From assembly GCA_010405405.1 (NCBI GenBank), contig MU004242.1, positions 791,769 through 855,768 on the forward strand: DNA of 64,000 nt, given 5' to 3'. This DNA is from Microthyrium microscopicum (taxonomy: Eukaryota). The notes below the pieces were generated by a model. It had not been told where the DNA came from and did no database searches. It saw nothing but the letters and a program-made list of their open reading frames with translations. Below, piece after piece: positions 1 through 13,007 of this stretch. The position numbers and the translations under genes were made by a program. The first letter of the stretch is position 1. Every line of letters begins with the position of its first letter.

Positions 1-1761
1 AGTTTAAAGAAGAAGGTTTAATTTCTAAAGATTATAATAAAACTAGAATAAGTAGTAATAATATAACTAGATAGAATTCTACTTATAATATGCTATATTT
101 TTTAATTATTACTAAAGATATAGTAGATTATATTAGTAATAATACTAAAAATAAAGAATTTAAAGAGGTAATTATTACTTCTAAAGAATAGCTTATTTTA
201 GAAGCTATTAGAGATATTCTAGAAATATTTATTAAACCTTTTATTAGTTTATAAGTATAAGTTTATACTACTATTAATACTAGTTTATTATATATTATAA
301 ATATATATAAAAAACTAGAAGAAAAGCAATATTATATACTTAATAATTTAGATTAGCTTAGTTTAAATTAGTTAGTAGATATAGATAATCTTAGAAGTAT
401 TATAGATAAAGGAATTACTAAGCTAGAGCATTATTTCCTTAGAAATATTACTTTTAAATAATTTAAATATTTAAAACCTTACTTAATAAGTACTATTTTA
501 GATCCTAAATTTAAATTAGAGCATTTTAAAGAAGGAGAAGGTCTTTTATATAAACTATCTAGTACTATAAAAGAAAATGTAAAAGAACTACTTAAAGAAG
601 AATATAGAAAGCTTAAAACTATATTCTTTATTATAGAATCTAATATAGATTTATCTAATTTAAATAGTAGTAATACTACTAGTAAAAAGAAGAGTCTAGA
701 TAATAATATTCTTATTATTACTAATAGCGTAGTAGAGGAAGAATATATACTATATCTTTAAGAACCTTCTTTACCTAAATCTAAACCTTTAGATTATTAG
801 AAAGTAAATACTTCTAGATTTCCTATTTTATTTTTTTTAGCTATTAGATATCTTACTATACCTTCTACTTTAGCTTCTATTAAAAGTGCTTTTAGTATTA
901 GTAGTATAGTTATATTTAAAACTAGAAATAGAATAGATCCTAATATAGCTAAGATACTTTTATTATTAAAAAGCTAGAAAATTATAGATTATAATTTATT
1001 ATATTCTCATAAAGAAGAGATATTAATAGAAGAACTAGATATTAATAGCAATAAAGAAGAATTTAGTTAGTTATTAAATTTAGAATATTACTTAAATATA
1101 ATTATTATAAAACTAAATTATTTAATTTTTAAATATTAAAAGTAAGTTATAAATATTTAATATATTAGTTAAAATAGTATAAGAATTAAAGATAAAGCTA
1201 ATAAATAGTTATTATATATAGAAGTATAAAGTATTAGAATAGATAAATATATAGATATAAGTAAGTAGTAAGTAGTAGGTTAATAAAATTATTTTAAATA
1301 AGTAGTAATATTAATTATTAATAGTTATCTTTTATTAAATACTTTATATAGAGTATATAATATAGAAATCTAGGTATATTTAATATAGAATTATTATCCT
1401 AATATAGCTATCTAACTCTAGCTTCTTATTTACTTTTAGTTATTTAAATAGTTAGTAAAATAATAAATAAATAATATTATATTTATTTCTAAATATCTAA
1501 AGAACTAAAAGCGAATAAGAAAAACTAATAATAGATCTAAAACTAGTAAACCTAGACGAAGAGATTAATAAAATTTTTATAGCTTAAATAGTATATTTCT
1601 ATTTTATTAATTTCAATTAATTATTAAAATTAATTAATATTATCTTAATTAATTTAGTATTAATTTAAGGTAGGCATTAATTAATTAATTTTAGTATGAG
1701 CTAGCATTAATTAATTTTAATTTGGCATTAATTAATTAAATTAAATTAAATCACAACCCTG
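1..1761 (+). mobile_element. RIP-degenerated hAT-family DNA transposon, 3' part and right terminus (continues beyond window start)
   Basis: Extremely AT-rich, TpA-rich and CpA/TpG-poor, ending abruptly at 1761. Manual translation gives YLISTILDPKFKLEHFK (~480-530) and the hAT dimerisation motif KPLDY*KVNTSRFPIL..LAIRYLTIPSTLASIKSAFS....KTRNRIDP....LLLLKS*K (~783-980), with TAG where Trp is expected. The end TCACAACCCTG reads CAGGGTTGTGA on the minus strand, a hAT-like TIR. Confidence 0.88.
1600..1750. repeat. Subterminal repeat array of the hAT element
   Basis: GCATTAATTAATT copies start at 1674, 1704 and 1725, within a run of ATTAATT units just inside the terminus. Confidence 0.7.
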
Positions 1762-1830
1762 GCGCCAGCACCAGCCTTGTGCCAAATCACCACCAGCGCA
1801 TTTATACTGCTATATTCAATCGGCAGTAGC

Positions 1831-3607
1831 ATGTTTTATGTATCAATCACAACGAGTAGTCTGGCCATCGTCAGGGCAGCCGATGCACTACTATCCTCAT
1901 TTCCAAGTGTGTGGGGCAAATATCAGTTTGCGAAAACAACCCTCGAAGCTGTCCTGGCCCAATTACAGTCTCTGAACTGTGCCACAACAGAGCTTTCGCA
2001 AAATGTCTTATCCGGTTTCATTAACGAGAAGGAGGATGACGATCTCAGCGTTGTCCTGGACGACTCCTTGAAAGCATGTGCAACTCTTCTCAGAGACCTG
2101 CAGAATCAGGTAGAGTTCGTGCAAGATGCGAACGGGAAGACTACCGAATATATGAAAAATAAGCATACCTGGAAGCAGAAGGATTTCGTTGCACTTGGAG
2201 AACGCTTACGCTTACAAATCGATGTCTTGAATCTTGTTCTTGACATTATTCAGCGGTAGGTGTACCAAGTCTATTAGAGGGTCTGATTCCCGAATGTTCT
2301 AACAAGATAGGGCGATACCCGGTCATGTGGAGCAGGAACTGAACACTGACGCAAACGATTCAGTTCTGCAGAAGGCTGAAGATGATGCCTCAACATATAT
2401 CAACGCGGACGATCTTGGATTCTTCGTGCGTGCAGATCTGGAATCGCTAGCGGAGGCCACTATAGGCTCATCTTGCGGCGCTGAACTCTTTATAGGAACC
2501 CTCAAAGGCCATACCGCAGAAATAATCACCGTCCTGTTTTCTCCGGATGGCAGCAAAATTGCTTCTGGCTCTGTGGATGGTACCTTGAGGCTCTGGAATG
2601 CTTACACAGGTGCTTGCCTTTATAGATTCCAGACTCAGACCCCTGCTGAAGATATGGAATTGAAATTTTCGAGAAATAGCAGACTTTTAATATCAAGACC
2701 AACAGCAAGAGTTCGTCCCAGAAACGAAATCACTATCTCAATCTGGGACACCACTTCCGGTCTCAAAGTACTTACGATTGTCCCAGGGTACGCGAACACT
2801 GCGTTTTCCCTGGATGGCAAAATCGCAACGAGCCTAGACAACTACGATGGAGAAAGGACAAGCATCAATATCTATACACCTGGTGAGGAAGAGTGCCAAG
2901 AACGAAGTACATTGGAAAAAGCCTGGTCAATCTCATCCCTCGTCTTCTCTGATGACGGCACACTACTCGCTGCGGACTATTCAGGTTCCACTTGGAGTGG
3001 CCGTTCGCTGAAACAATTTCGAGTCTGGTCCATTCGGGATAGAAAGAAGTGGGCGTCTATCCTCAAAATTCCGTATCGTTCTGGGGAAGAATACCGTAAT
3101 TACGACTTGCTTTTTTCACCAGATAGTCAGAGGATCGCATCGTATTCTTGGAGAGGTCAGATCTTGGTGTGGGATATTGAGACCGGGAAGCAGATTTATA
3201 GCTTCACGGATGATGCGATAACAATTCGGACTATGCGCTTCCTTCCGGATGGAGAACATGTGTTCTTGCAGCTTTGGTTGAGAGGCCCGTTTGGCAACCT
3301 CAAGATCCTGGACTTGGCGTCAGGCCAAATTCTTCACAGCTTTGAAGAAGTGTTATGCTCGGCTCTTTCTCCGGATGGAAAACGTTTAGTGTATGAGGAT
3401 TCATGTCATCAATACGTTGTAGACGCCACTTCGGGAGAAAAGTTACATATTCTGGAGAGACAGGACTTTGAAGAGTTTCCTAACAAAGTCCTGGTTGTAT
3501 CACCACATTGGCGGCAATTGGCTTCAATAACGCGGCCAGGAGATGCTACGCAGTCGCATGGGATTGATATCGCAAGCCTGTATTCTGGAGTAAAGGCGGA
3601 ACAATAA
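1831..3607 (+). CDS. Fungal STAND N-terminal (HeLo-like/SesA-like) domain fused to WD40 repeats; 2 exons
   Basis: ATG at 1831. Intron 2256-2310 (GTAGGT..CTAAC..TAG) joins the 1777 and 2327 ORFs in frame. The N-terminus is helical (L..SLKAC..LL..L...W.......L..QI.VLNL.L). WD40 repeats include LKGHTAEIITVLFSPDGSKIASGSVDGTLRLWN. Confidence 0.8.
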
Positions 3608-3836
3608 GCTGGACGACCTGCTCATACATCAATGCTGTCTTCTATTTTTGAGCTATCGGTCCTCCAAAGAAGCAGGCTGACGGGTCTATACTGGCATGCA
3701 TTGAATCCGAAGTATGCCAGCCTGTGCATCAGCTTCCTTCTATGCGTGTTCAGACTCGGACTGGAAATCTGCTGTTCTCAGGTCCACACAACTTGGAAAT
3801 TATAATTATAAATTATCTTTGTTACTAATGGTGACT

Positions 3837-4524
3837 TCACTTTCTCCGCCTGATGGCTCTGGCTCTGTAACCCAAAAAAGCTAATATCACTGATGGAATT
3901 CCAACTCCCAAACCAACCCCGATACCAACGCCAAGATTTATTTTTTGATCTTCGGTATAGCCATTCCCCGCGGAGGACGCGCTGGGCGCTTGTCCAGCAG
4001 CGCCGCTTGATTGCGCTGACGTTACGGAGCCGGAAGTCTGCGGCTTTGAGGCCGGTGTCGATGTTATCGGTGTCATATGGCCTGTTGGCGAACCCGTAGA
4101 CGAAGTCGTCGGATGGACCTACGAGTGCATGGTCAGCTTTTATACCTCAGTTCAAAGCACACAATCTCACAGAAGAAGCTACTTGGCTGACAGAGGATGC
4201 AGCGCCTGCCGATGCCGACGTGTTCCACTGCGCATTGTTAAGTACCAGCGGGTAGTCACTTATCGAACACGAATCAAAATATCTAATGTAGGTTCGCTGC
4301 GAATCGACAGGACAGTTCTGGCCCATACAGGCGGCAACTTGGTTGACAAAGGCGGTGGTGGTGCATACGCATATGTTGTCGTTGAGTTCGCAGGGGAAGG
4401 AGGTAGAGATGGGAATGAGGCAATTGTTTTGCGCGCAGGTGGTGTAGCCTCCCCAGAAGACCTGAGGCGTATCGCCATGGACTATGGGGAATAAGAGCGC
4501 GATGAATAGGAGTATGAGATCCAT
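3837..4524 (-). CDS. CFEM-domain type I membrane protein; 2 exons
   Basis: Signal peptide, 8-Cys CFEM spacing (CAQNNC..C..D.ICVC..C..C..C), intron 4119-4170, S/T-rich stalk, TM helix LGVGIGVGLGVGIPSVILAFLGY and a basic tail. Confidence 0.8.
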
Positions 4525-5445
4525 GGTGAGTGCTGGGCGTGATTGTCAAGGTGCGTAGGATTTCTGGAATTTCAGAAGACATGTCTCCATCGCATATAGA
4601 ATGTGGTATTGAGGTCCCTGGGCATTGATCGAGAGCAGATATAGGAGGCAACCTAACCCACTGACGAGCGAGCGCCTATCCACGCCCAAAGTATCAGTCT
4701 GGCTTTCGGAACACGAGACCTTTTGCAAAGCCACTATACCTGCCTCCCAGTCCGTTCGGAATCGTTGATTATCAAGTTTACCCACGTCGGAACCATGTAG
4801 CTATTTCCCGAAGTCCATACTCCCGACCGTTCAGCTGAACACTGCCAGAATTATGCAGGGTAATTGGAGTGCGCAAGCCAGTAACTCCTCCACATCTGAG
4901 CTTGAATGTAGGTGCAAAACTGGTGGTAAGGCAGAATGCATGAACCTCTTTCGAGAAAGTATCGCGAGGCGTCCTATCAGGTTTCTAATACGGATATGCA
5001 TGCATAAATGCTGCATAACGACTCCGCCACACCTGGGTCTTCGGCTTTTCATCGAGACTGTTAAAACCGGAAACAAACATATCCAATCGAAGCTGAGCTA
5101 AGTATTGGCATTCTTTCGGAGGCATCGACGACGCCGAATTGGATATAGCTTAGCCACTTTACGACGGTCCCATCTTGGTTCAGATTGACACTTTTCGGCG
5201 AATTCGAACCATCAATGTTGAAGAAGAGGGCGACTTGTGGCAAGCATACCAACGAAGCTAAGCCCGAAAATTCCGACTTATCTAAAGATTGGAACACACC
5301 TCTAAAGCAAAGAAAGCTACCGTTCGATATATCGATACGGCTACATGCTGTAGTCACTGTTAGATGCCCTATCCTATTTATTCTCTATCTTCCCTGTGTA
5401 AGTGCCTCTTCAGTAATGCGCACATCGAGTGGTTTCTATGTGTTT

Positions 5446-7652
5446 TCATTGAAAGCCAAAACCCCCAATCTCATCAAAAGTCCACCCAAAAGAACTGAAC
5501 AAGGCCATATCGGGTAGCGTAGCCATATCGGCATCAATGTAGTCCTCACTTCCCAGTGCAGACCGCATACCCATAAGTGCTCGATTTGCTGGTGGTGCCG
5601 CGCTCGTCATCGTCTCAATAATAGCCTGAGTTGATGCTTCAGGGGACATACTTCTACGCCAACTCCAGAAACAATCATAAACATGACTAACGCACATCCT
5701 TGAACGAATCTTTGATTCAAGCGGATCAATTGAACCATCAAACATTCCAGCTCTCGACCCATTACCATACCCATTGCCGGACCCGTTGCCGGATCCAAAA
5801 GCTCGCCACATCCTCGCCAGTGCTTCAGCCACACGATCTGGAAAGTCGTTGCTTTTCAAGCTGATTGTACGCATTGCCAGGATCGCGGAATTAAATAATG
5901 ATCGGCCTTGTAGAGTATCAAAACTTGTTGCGTAGGAACTGTTGAGAACTTTCATGAGAACGCAGCATGATGATACAAGCGTCCGAAGGAATACGGTTGT
6001 ACAATACTGGAAGAGAAAGTTGGAGTGAATGTCAACGTCTAGCATTGATTGGATCAGTGTGGTTGCTGTTGTATAAGCATTTGAGAGGGATGTGGGATAT
6101 TCGGTTGATCGGCGGTTCATTAGGAACGCAAAAGACCAGAAATGTACCTTGGCCGCGAGGAGATGGAGTTTGGTGATTGCTGCTTTATTGTAAGTTGCTT
6201 TGAATAAGAATTGAATGGCTTTACATACGCGAGAAATGAATTGATATCTCGTCCAAGCCCAGTAGTTCCATTTTCAATTTCTCCCTTGCTGCAGGTTGTT
6301 CTTTTTCAGCCACCAAACCTGCCAGATTCAAAGGATTGCTGTATAGTTCCTTCGTTATGTGTTTTAAGAATTTGGCGATGAGTAGCCGGTGAGACACGTC
6401 GTCCGGAAGTTGTTGTGGAGTGACTGATAATCCTGGGTCCAGAATCCAGTCAAAAGTGGCTGTTGAAGGTTGGCCGTTGACTATGGATATGCTGCAGATA
6501 TTTAACCTTCTGGTCTATTCAATTGTAGATATTCAGTATATCTTACCCGTGCGATACAAGATTACAGATCGCCCAAGTCAACCACCTGTCCTCCTCTTCG
6601 TTACTGGTCACATATCTGGTCTGCTTGATGAAATCATGAGAATGTAAGGGCCGATGAAGCCCAGTCTGCCACGCAATCTGCATCATGATCCCACTGTATA
6701 GAAACGTTGGATCAGTTTCGCTAAGGCCGAGCTTCCCACCTGGCAAAGATGACTCCGTTGTGTCTTTAAGAAGAGGAACAGGCCAAGTGCAAAGAAGCGC
6801 CAATGCTTTAACAACATGATATGTATGGGGCATAGTCGCTATCGTTACCCAAAGTAGATTTTTGTAAGGACCTGTAAGATTTGACAGCAATTTGGGGTCT
6901 TGTGGGTACCGTCGAGCTCCTATCAAAGCGATGGTCCAGCCTAGGAATGGTGAAAGGGCAAAGTAGTCGGCATGGCTCAGCATTGGGTCAAGAACTGGGC
7001 AGAACGGATGGTAGAATGAAAAGTACCTAGCTCTTTAGTACTTGATTTTCGCTTGAGAGAACGACTACTCACTGCTCAAAAAGAATTGCCAGACTCTCAC
7101 TAGCGACAGTGACACCTTCAAGGGTCTGCTGTTTCGATGAATCATCACTCACAGAGGGATCTTGGACATTCGAAACGGTCTCGTGTTGTGGCATTTGCGG
7201 CGAATTAAGCATTGTACTTTCCCCTGAACGTTCCACTTGACTGGCCAATTGATGTCGTAGCTCACGTATTTCTCGTTGCATTGTAGCTTCTTTACTGCAT
7301 TTCTGGATCAGACAGAAGTCATGAGCACCACTATAGTTTCGTACTTGCGCTTATCAACTCTCTTGAAGCTCGAATCGATTCGACAATCGATGCGAAGCCG
7401 CTGACATCTGGAGCAGGGCAAAAACGGCTCTTTTATTACATCGCAACGTAACTGAAGGACATGGATAATCAGCATATCGACTCAAGCGCGAACCTTATCG
7501 AAACACACCTTTTGTTGTCTACATTCGTTACAGGATTTGAACGGTACATTTCTATGACTTCTGGTCTTGGGACTTATCGGGTGTCTAGAGGCGGTGATCG
7601 CTGGATCGGCATTAGATGAACCACCACCCTGATTTTCCTGCTCATCATTCAT
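5446..7652 (-). CDS. Zn(II)2Cys6 transcription factor (Leu3/Sef1-like), multi-exon
   Basis: The spliced N-terminus gives CNECRQQK|LRCDVIKEPFLPCSRCQRLRIDCRIDSSFKRVDKRK. The fungal TF middle region (ALALLCTWP, AWQTGLHRP, TWAICN) and the KIRSRMCVSHVYDCFWSWRR motif are present. Confidence 0.9.
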
Positions 7653-8121
7653 GCTTATACTTGATCAGACCATGATCAAAGTCATGAGGTTGAGGAAGCC
7701 AACATTGAAGAGATAGGTAGCTCTGGAAGCTCGGACCAGCTAGGTAGTGTGGCAGTGCCTTGGAGGCGCCACAATTCAGGGGCTCGGATCGAAAGGTACA
7801 AAGGAATCAGGACACAGCGCTCCTACTTTTGTCCTCACTTATCATACATCAGCTGTTTCTGAGATACAGAAACAATTGCAAATCTGAGGATACTTGGACC
7901 TTAAAGTACCGGAAAATGTCTGAGACTGGGGTCCGCATTAAGTCATGAAAGACGCATTGAGAATTTGTGACAGCACAATATATCCAAAATGCTGGCAATG
8001 ATGAATTTAAACCACTTGTGAGTAACTTGGAATCAAGGTAAGTATTAATATCAAAGCGTAGGACTCTCTTGTGTTCTATTATCTAGACCTCATACCAAAT
8101 TCACCACATCGAACTCATTTT

Positions 8122-10250
8122 CTAGTTTGCAAACCTAAAGTCCAACCGGAAGCTACCTTCATCTTCGGTAGTAGCGAGGTAGTTGATCTTCTCTTGTTCA
8201 CTCAATGCGCTCCACTTGGCTTCTCTCTGCTTATTTCTCCAAGTATAATATACTTTGGTCAAGACATACAGCACAATGTTACCACAACAGATTCCGATGA
8301 GGGCTCTATTTCCATGCCTATAGTTGGGAGCGTCACCTAGATGATGTTAGCAATGGTTTGTGACAAACCAAATGGGTAACATACTCTTCTGGTATACGTT
8401 CGAGGCTATTATGCCGCCAGCTTGGACGAACATGTTGTATGCTGCTGCTGATACTGTTCGGGATCTCACTGTGTTCGAGTTGCGAGAGTTCCAGCCTACT
8501 TGAATAGGATGGGCTATTTGATGTTAGAGAAATGCAAGAACCAAAGGGATAGAGCAATTACCATTTGGATAGCCAAGCAAGACGGTGATGACTGCCCATA
8601 CAGTCCACTTGGAAACTTTCTTGACATCAATGAGAGTCAGGTAGATGAGGAAAGGCAATGCCCAAATTTGCCCAACCATGGCGTGGAGTGTGAGCTCTTT
8701 GTTCATCTCGGAAAGATACGAAAGAATCAACATAGTAACAACTGCAACCTAGTAAGCAATGATAACCTCTGTAGAACTTGAGCGGAGAATTTACTATGGA
8801 TGGCGGTGTTTGGGATTGCGAGAAGATTGCTTTGAAAGGTATCGAAACCTAATCCCTTTAGCGACAAGGTAAGATATTGGCTGACCGGCGTCATAGGGAT
8901 CTGGAATGTCAAGCCGAGAATATACAATGGCCAAAGATCGAAATCTCGCAGACTTTTGAAGAGTAGCTTGGGGGTGATTGGTTGTCGGTTGTGCATGGTG
9001 CCTTTGGAAGGATCGTCGCGAATGACTCTGTTCACTATGATCTCCTCTTCTCTGGCTGTGAACCAACCCTTCTTTCCACGACTCCAATTGGCAGTCTGGC
9101 AGGGTCCAGCTGGCATAAGCACGAACGCAGCAACACCAATCATCAGTGTCATAAGGCCTTCAATGAGGAACATCCAACGCCAGCCTGATAGGCCATGTAG
9201 ACCTCGAAGGTGGAGAAGACCGTAAGCCAGAAACCCAGCAAAGATGTCTGCAAAACTCATGGCGGTCCAGAAAAAGGACAAACGTAGGCTGAGTTCATGG
9301 TGCTTGTAAAAATAACTCAGGTATAAAACGATCTGCAGAGTCAGTCGAAATGATCGAACGCGTGGTAAGATTTGCTTACATCTGGGATGAAGCCACCTTG
9401 CAAGATGCCAAGAAGAGCTCTCGTCAGAAGGAATGTGGTCCTGCCAGTGAGCCAAAACTGAGATGAAGCGACGATACTCCAGAGCACCAGTTGGGTTGGG
9501 ATCCAACGATCTGGACCGGCCCACTTACTGACCAGCTGGGAAGGTAATTCGGCGCAAAGGAAGGCAAGCTTGAAAACAGTATTGCCAAGATTGTAATCTA
9601 CGCCAGTCAGTCATGGAAGATGTGAATTCTAACCGGCACTGACCATTGGTTGTCAACTTTAGGTCAGGGAGAAAGTTGTCAGTGTTGGCTTGTTGAATGT
9701 TGGCTCTATCGAGTTCGAGGGCCATAAACATGATACATGCAAAGAACATGATCTTGAAGTCAATCTTTCGGATGAGTTTATATTCCTCCTGTGTCTCGTT
9801 AGTGGTCACATAATCGCCAACAGGTCACAGGCTCCTATAGTAAGGTTGTCGTTCCATGTGACTGGATTCGCATGGCTGACATTGCAGCGGTACTTACATT
9901 CCATGTCCATCTTGCTAAAGGATTGAAGCGATGGAGATTCTCCCAGTCAGATCGCGGTTGATACTCTTTGGATGACTCTGGGTCATCGAATACACTTGGC
10001 TAGTTTTCTGTTAAGAGTAAGATCCTATGTTCATTGAAGGTGAGGTTACCTGAGTCGCGATGGCATCACCATCAAAGCCTTTTGCTCTTTGCCACCAAAA
10101 ACGTTTCTCATCCTTTGGTTGACCAAGGGATGGAATGCTCTCCACTGAGCCTGTGCGAACAATCGGTTTCTTCTTGTCGTCCAGTTCCTCACTGGAAGGA
10201 TTGCTCGAAGGAACCCGACTCCGACCAGAATATGTGAGCACGGTCGACAT
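8122..10250 (-). CDS. MFS transporter, allantoate permease (Dal5/ACS) family, multi-exon
   Basis: Motifs [30 protein letters not shown] and the C-terminal RLDFRFAN*. Several canonical introns. Confidence 0.92.
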
Positions 10251-11755
10251 ACTGTTGGCGAAACAAGAAATGATATGGAAGAAAGTTCAAAACCACCAAG
10301 TGAATCAATATATAAGATGATAAACCGCTTAATGTTAAGGAGCAGGTACTGGGTGATTTAAACAGAAGAGCCGGGACCATGGTCTTGGAACCATTCCCAA
10401 GATGATCTTGAATTTGGACTATGGAAATTCCAGTCACAGTAACTGCATATGCTCAGCTACTTGCGCAATTTCGACTTGAAATTGCAAAGATGGACGGCAG
10501 GGCAGCCACTTCAGGCTACGTCCCGATAAGTGTTGCTTCGCCATTCAGTTCTAGAGCTAGGATATAGTTCAAAAAGAAAAGTTTCTTATGGCATACCAAG
10601 GTATTTGGGCTGCCAATTCTCAGCTAAGGATGTTTGTCCTTCCCTTTCCAAGACAATGCTATTCGGGTGAATATTTACGCCATCCCTCAGCTTGATGACC
10701 ACATTAGCCATGCTAAAGTCACAGAGGCAGAGGCTTACAACCTGAGGAATGCTGCGATGCTACGTTCAGGTTTCTCTGGCTATTTGCCCTTGTTTAGCAC
10801 ATTGAATGGTAGTAAGTATTGAAGTAATAACAGCTGCAAACTGGCTTTATGTTTACGAGGAGCATACCCTATGGTCTCGCACGAAACAACAAAATCTAAA
10901 TTTCCAAGCTGAAAGTGCCAATTATGTCCAGTTTAAATTTATGAAAATCTTTCAGAATTCGACAAAATATAAGCAGAGCACGACATGATGTTATGCAAGG
11001 TATAAACGGGTCGTGGGGGATTCGGCTGCTTGGATGTTGATTGCGTTTTCTTGATCATCAATTCGCACATTGTTACCGAAACCTTAGCTTAACTTCATTC
11101 CATTTCCAAGAACTTCGAAGAACCTGCAGAACTGATTGAAGGGATAGAGTTAACAACTGCAGGAGATGCAATTTCGACTCATGATAAACATTACTTCTGT
11201 GAATTCTCAGGCTTGAAATATATGGCAGTGTGTGACTTGACGAGACCACGCCAACTAGGAGCAATAGGCAGTATCTATCATGTTCACAATCAGTACCAAT
11301 CCTCGCACGGACGTCAGACAAATTTCTTGACCAGACAGTGACATTGTACTATATGGTTGCATTGATACTCCCTGCATAATCACAATCCAATCACACATCT
11401 CCCAAGAGTAACAGCGTAGAAAGAAATGTGGTCAACAGCACGACTTATACCTATCACGCAATATGCTTGTGAAAATCATCACTGCATATGGACTGATACA
11501 ACTCGATCATGGCACCACTACTCCACAATCCGTATCTTTGGGCTCGCCAGACTTATTCCAAACGCGTGGTCTTATGAGACGCCATGAGAGGGGAAGATGC
11601 CGCAATACTCCACCAACAAATGTCGAGATCAATATGATGAACTGCGGAATCGGCCATGCTGAGGGTATAACATAGGTATGAAATCCGGTCCAGCGGTTTG
11701 GGTTCGATGAAACCAAGAATAATTGTATTGAAGACCTGCAAAGTGATCGACAATC

Positions 11756-13007
11756 ATGGCTCCACCAACTGCAACTGAAACAGAGATTGAGATTCCTATT
11801 AGCATCAAAGCAAAGACCATTGAAGCCGCCAGAGAGCCACTCAAGTACTCTGGCTCACTCGATCAATACAAGAGCATTGACTTGACACCTGTCATTGGCA
11901 CTGAGTACCCCGAGACCAACCTCGTCGATTTAATCAACGCTCCCAACGCAGATGATCTCCTTCGCGACCTGGCCATCAAGAGTAAGTAGATCCCTCTGCT
12001 CATTTCATTCACAACAGCTAATTTGAATCACCAGTCTCCCAGCGTGGCGTAGTCTTCTTCCGCTCCCAAGACAACCTCACCAACGACATCCAAAAGACAC
12101 TCATCCAGCGTCTGGGCGAACTAACCAACAAACCAAAGTCCTCCGGTTTGCACATCCACCCAATCCTCAACAGCGACCGTGGACTTGATGGTGACCACGA
12201 GATCTCCACAATCTCATCCGAGCTAAACAAGAAGTTTTATCGCAAGACAGCAGATGGCTACAGCCCCAAGAAACAAGCTACCGCCCAATGGCACTCTGAC
12301 ATTGCCTTCGAGCCTGTGCCAGCCGACTATACCTCCTTGCGTCTTGTGACCCTCCCACGTACCGGTGGCGGTAAGCTTTCATACCTTCCAAACCACCCTA
12401 GATTTCTTTGCTAACAATGTATCAGATACACTCTGGGCATCTGGCTACGAGATCTACGACCGCATATCCGCACCATACCAGAAATTCCTCGAAACATTGA
12501 CCGTAACATTCGCTCAACCACACTTCAATGACGTTGCCAGCAAGAATGACTTCCACCTCTACGACAAAGCGCGCGGCTCTCCCGAAAACGTCGGTTCAGA
12601 GCTCAAGGCCGTCCACCCACTAGTCCGGACCAACCCGGTCAGTGGTTGGAAATCCATCTTCCCGGTGGGTGGACATGTGAAGAATATTAACGATGTCACG
12701 GAGGAGGAGAGCAAAGCGCTTTTGCAGTGGTTCTTGGACTTGGTGTACAAGAATCATGATTTGACTGTGAGGTTCAAGTGGCAGAATCCTAATGATATTG
12801 GTAAGTGAGAAATGTTTTTTGATAGGATGTTGACTAATGTTGTGCGTTTCAGCGATTTGGGATAATCGTAGTGTTTTCCACACTGCTACTTTTGATTACG
12901 ATAATGAGGGTGAGCGGTTTGGAAATCGGGCTGTTGGCGTTGGCGAACGCCCATATTTTGACCCTCAGAGCAAGAGCCGCCGTGAGGACCTGGGTATCCC
13001 GTTTTAG
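11756..13007 (+). CDS. TauD/TfdA-family 2-oxoglutarate-dependent (sulfonate) dioxygenase, Jlp1-like; 363 aa
   Basis: Introns 11982-12034, 12371-12425 and 12801-12852. Motifs LTPVIGTE, QRGVVFFRSQ, WHSDIAFE (HxD), GGDTLWAS, HPLVRTNP and IWDNRSVFH. Confidence 0.95.
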
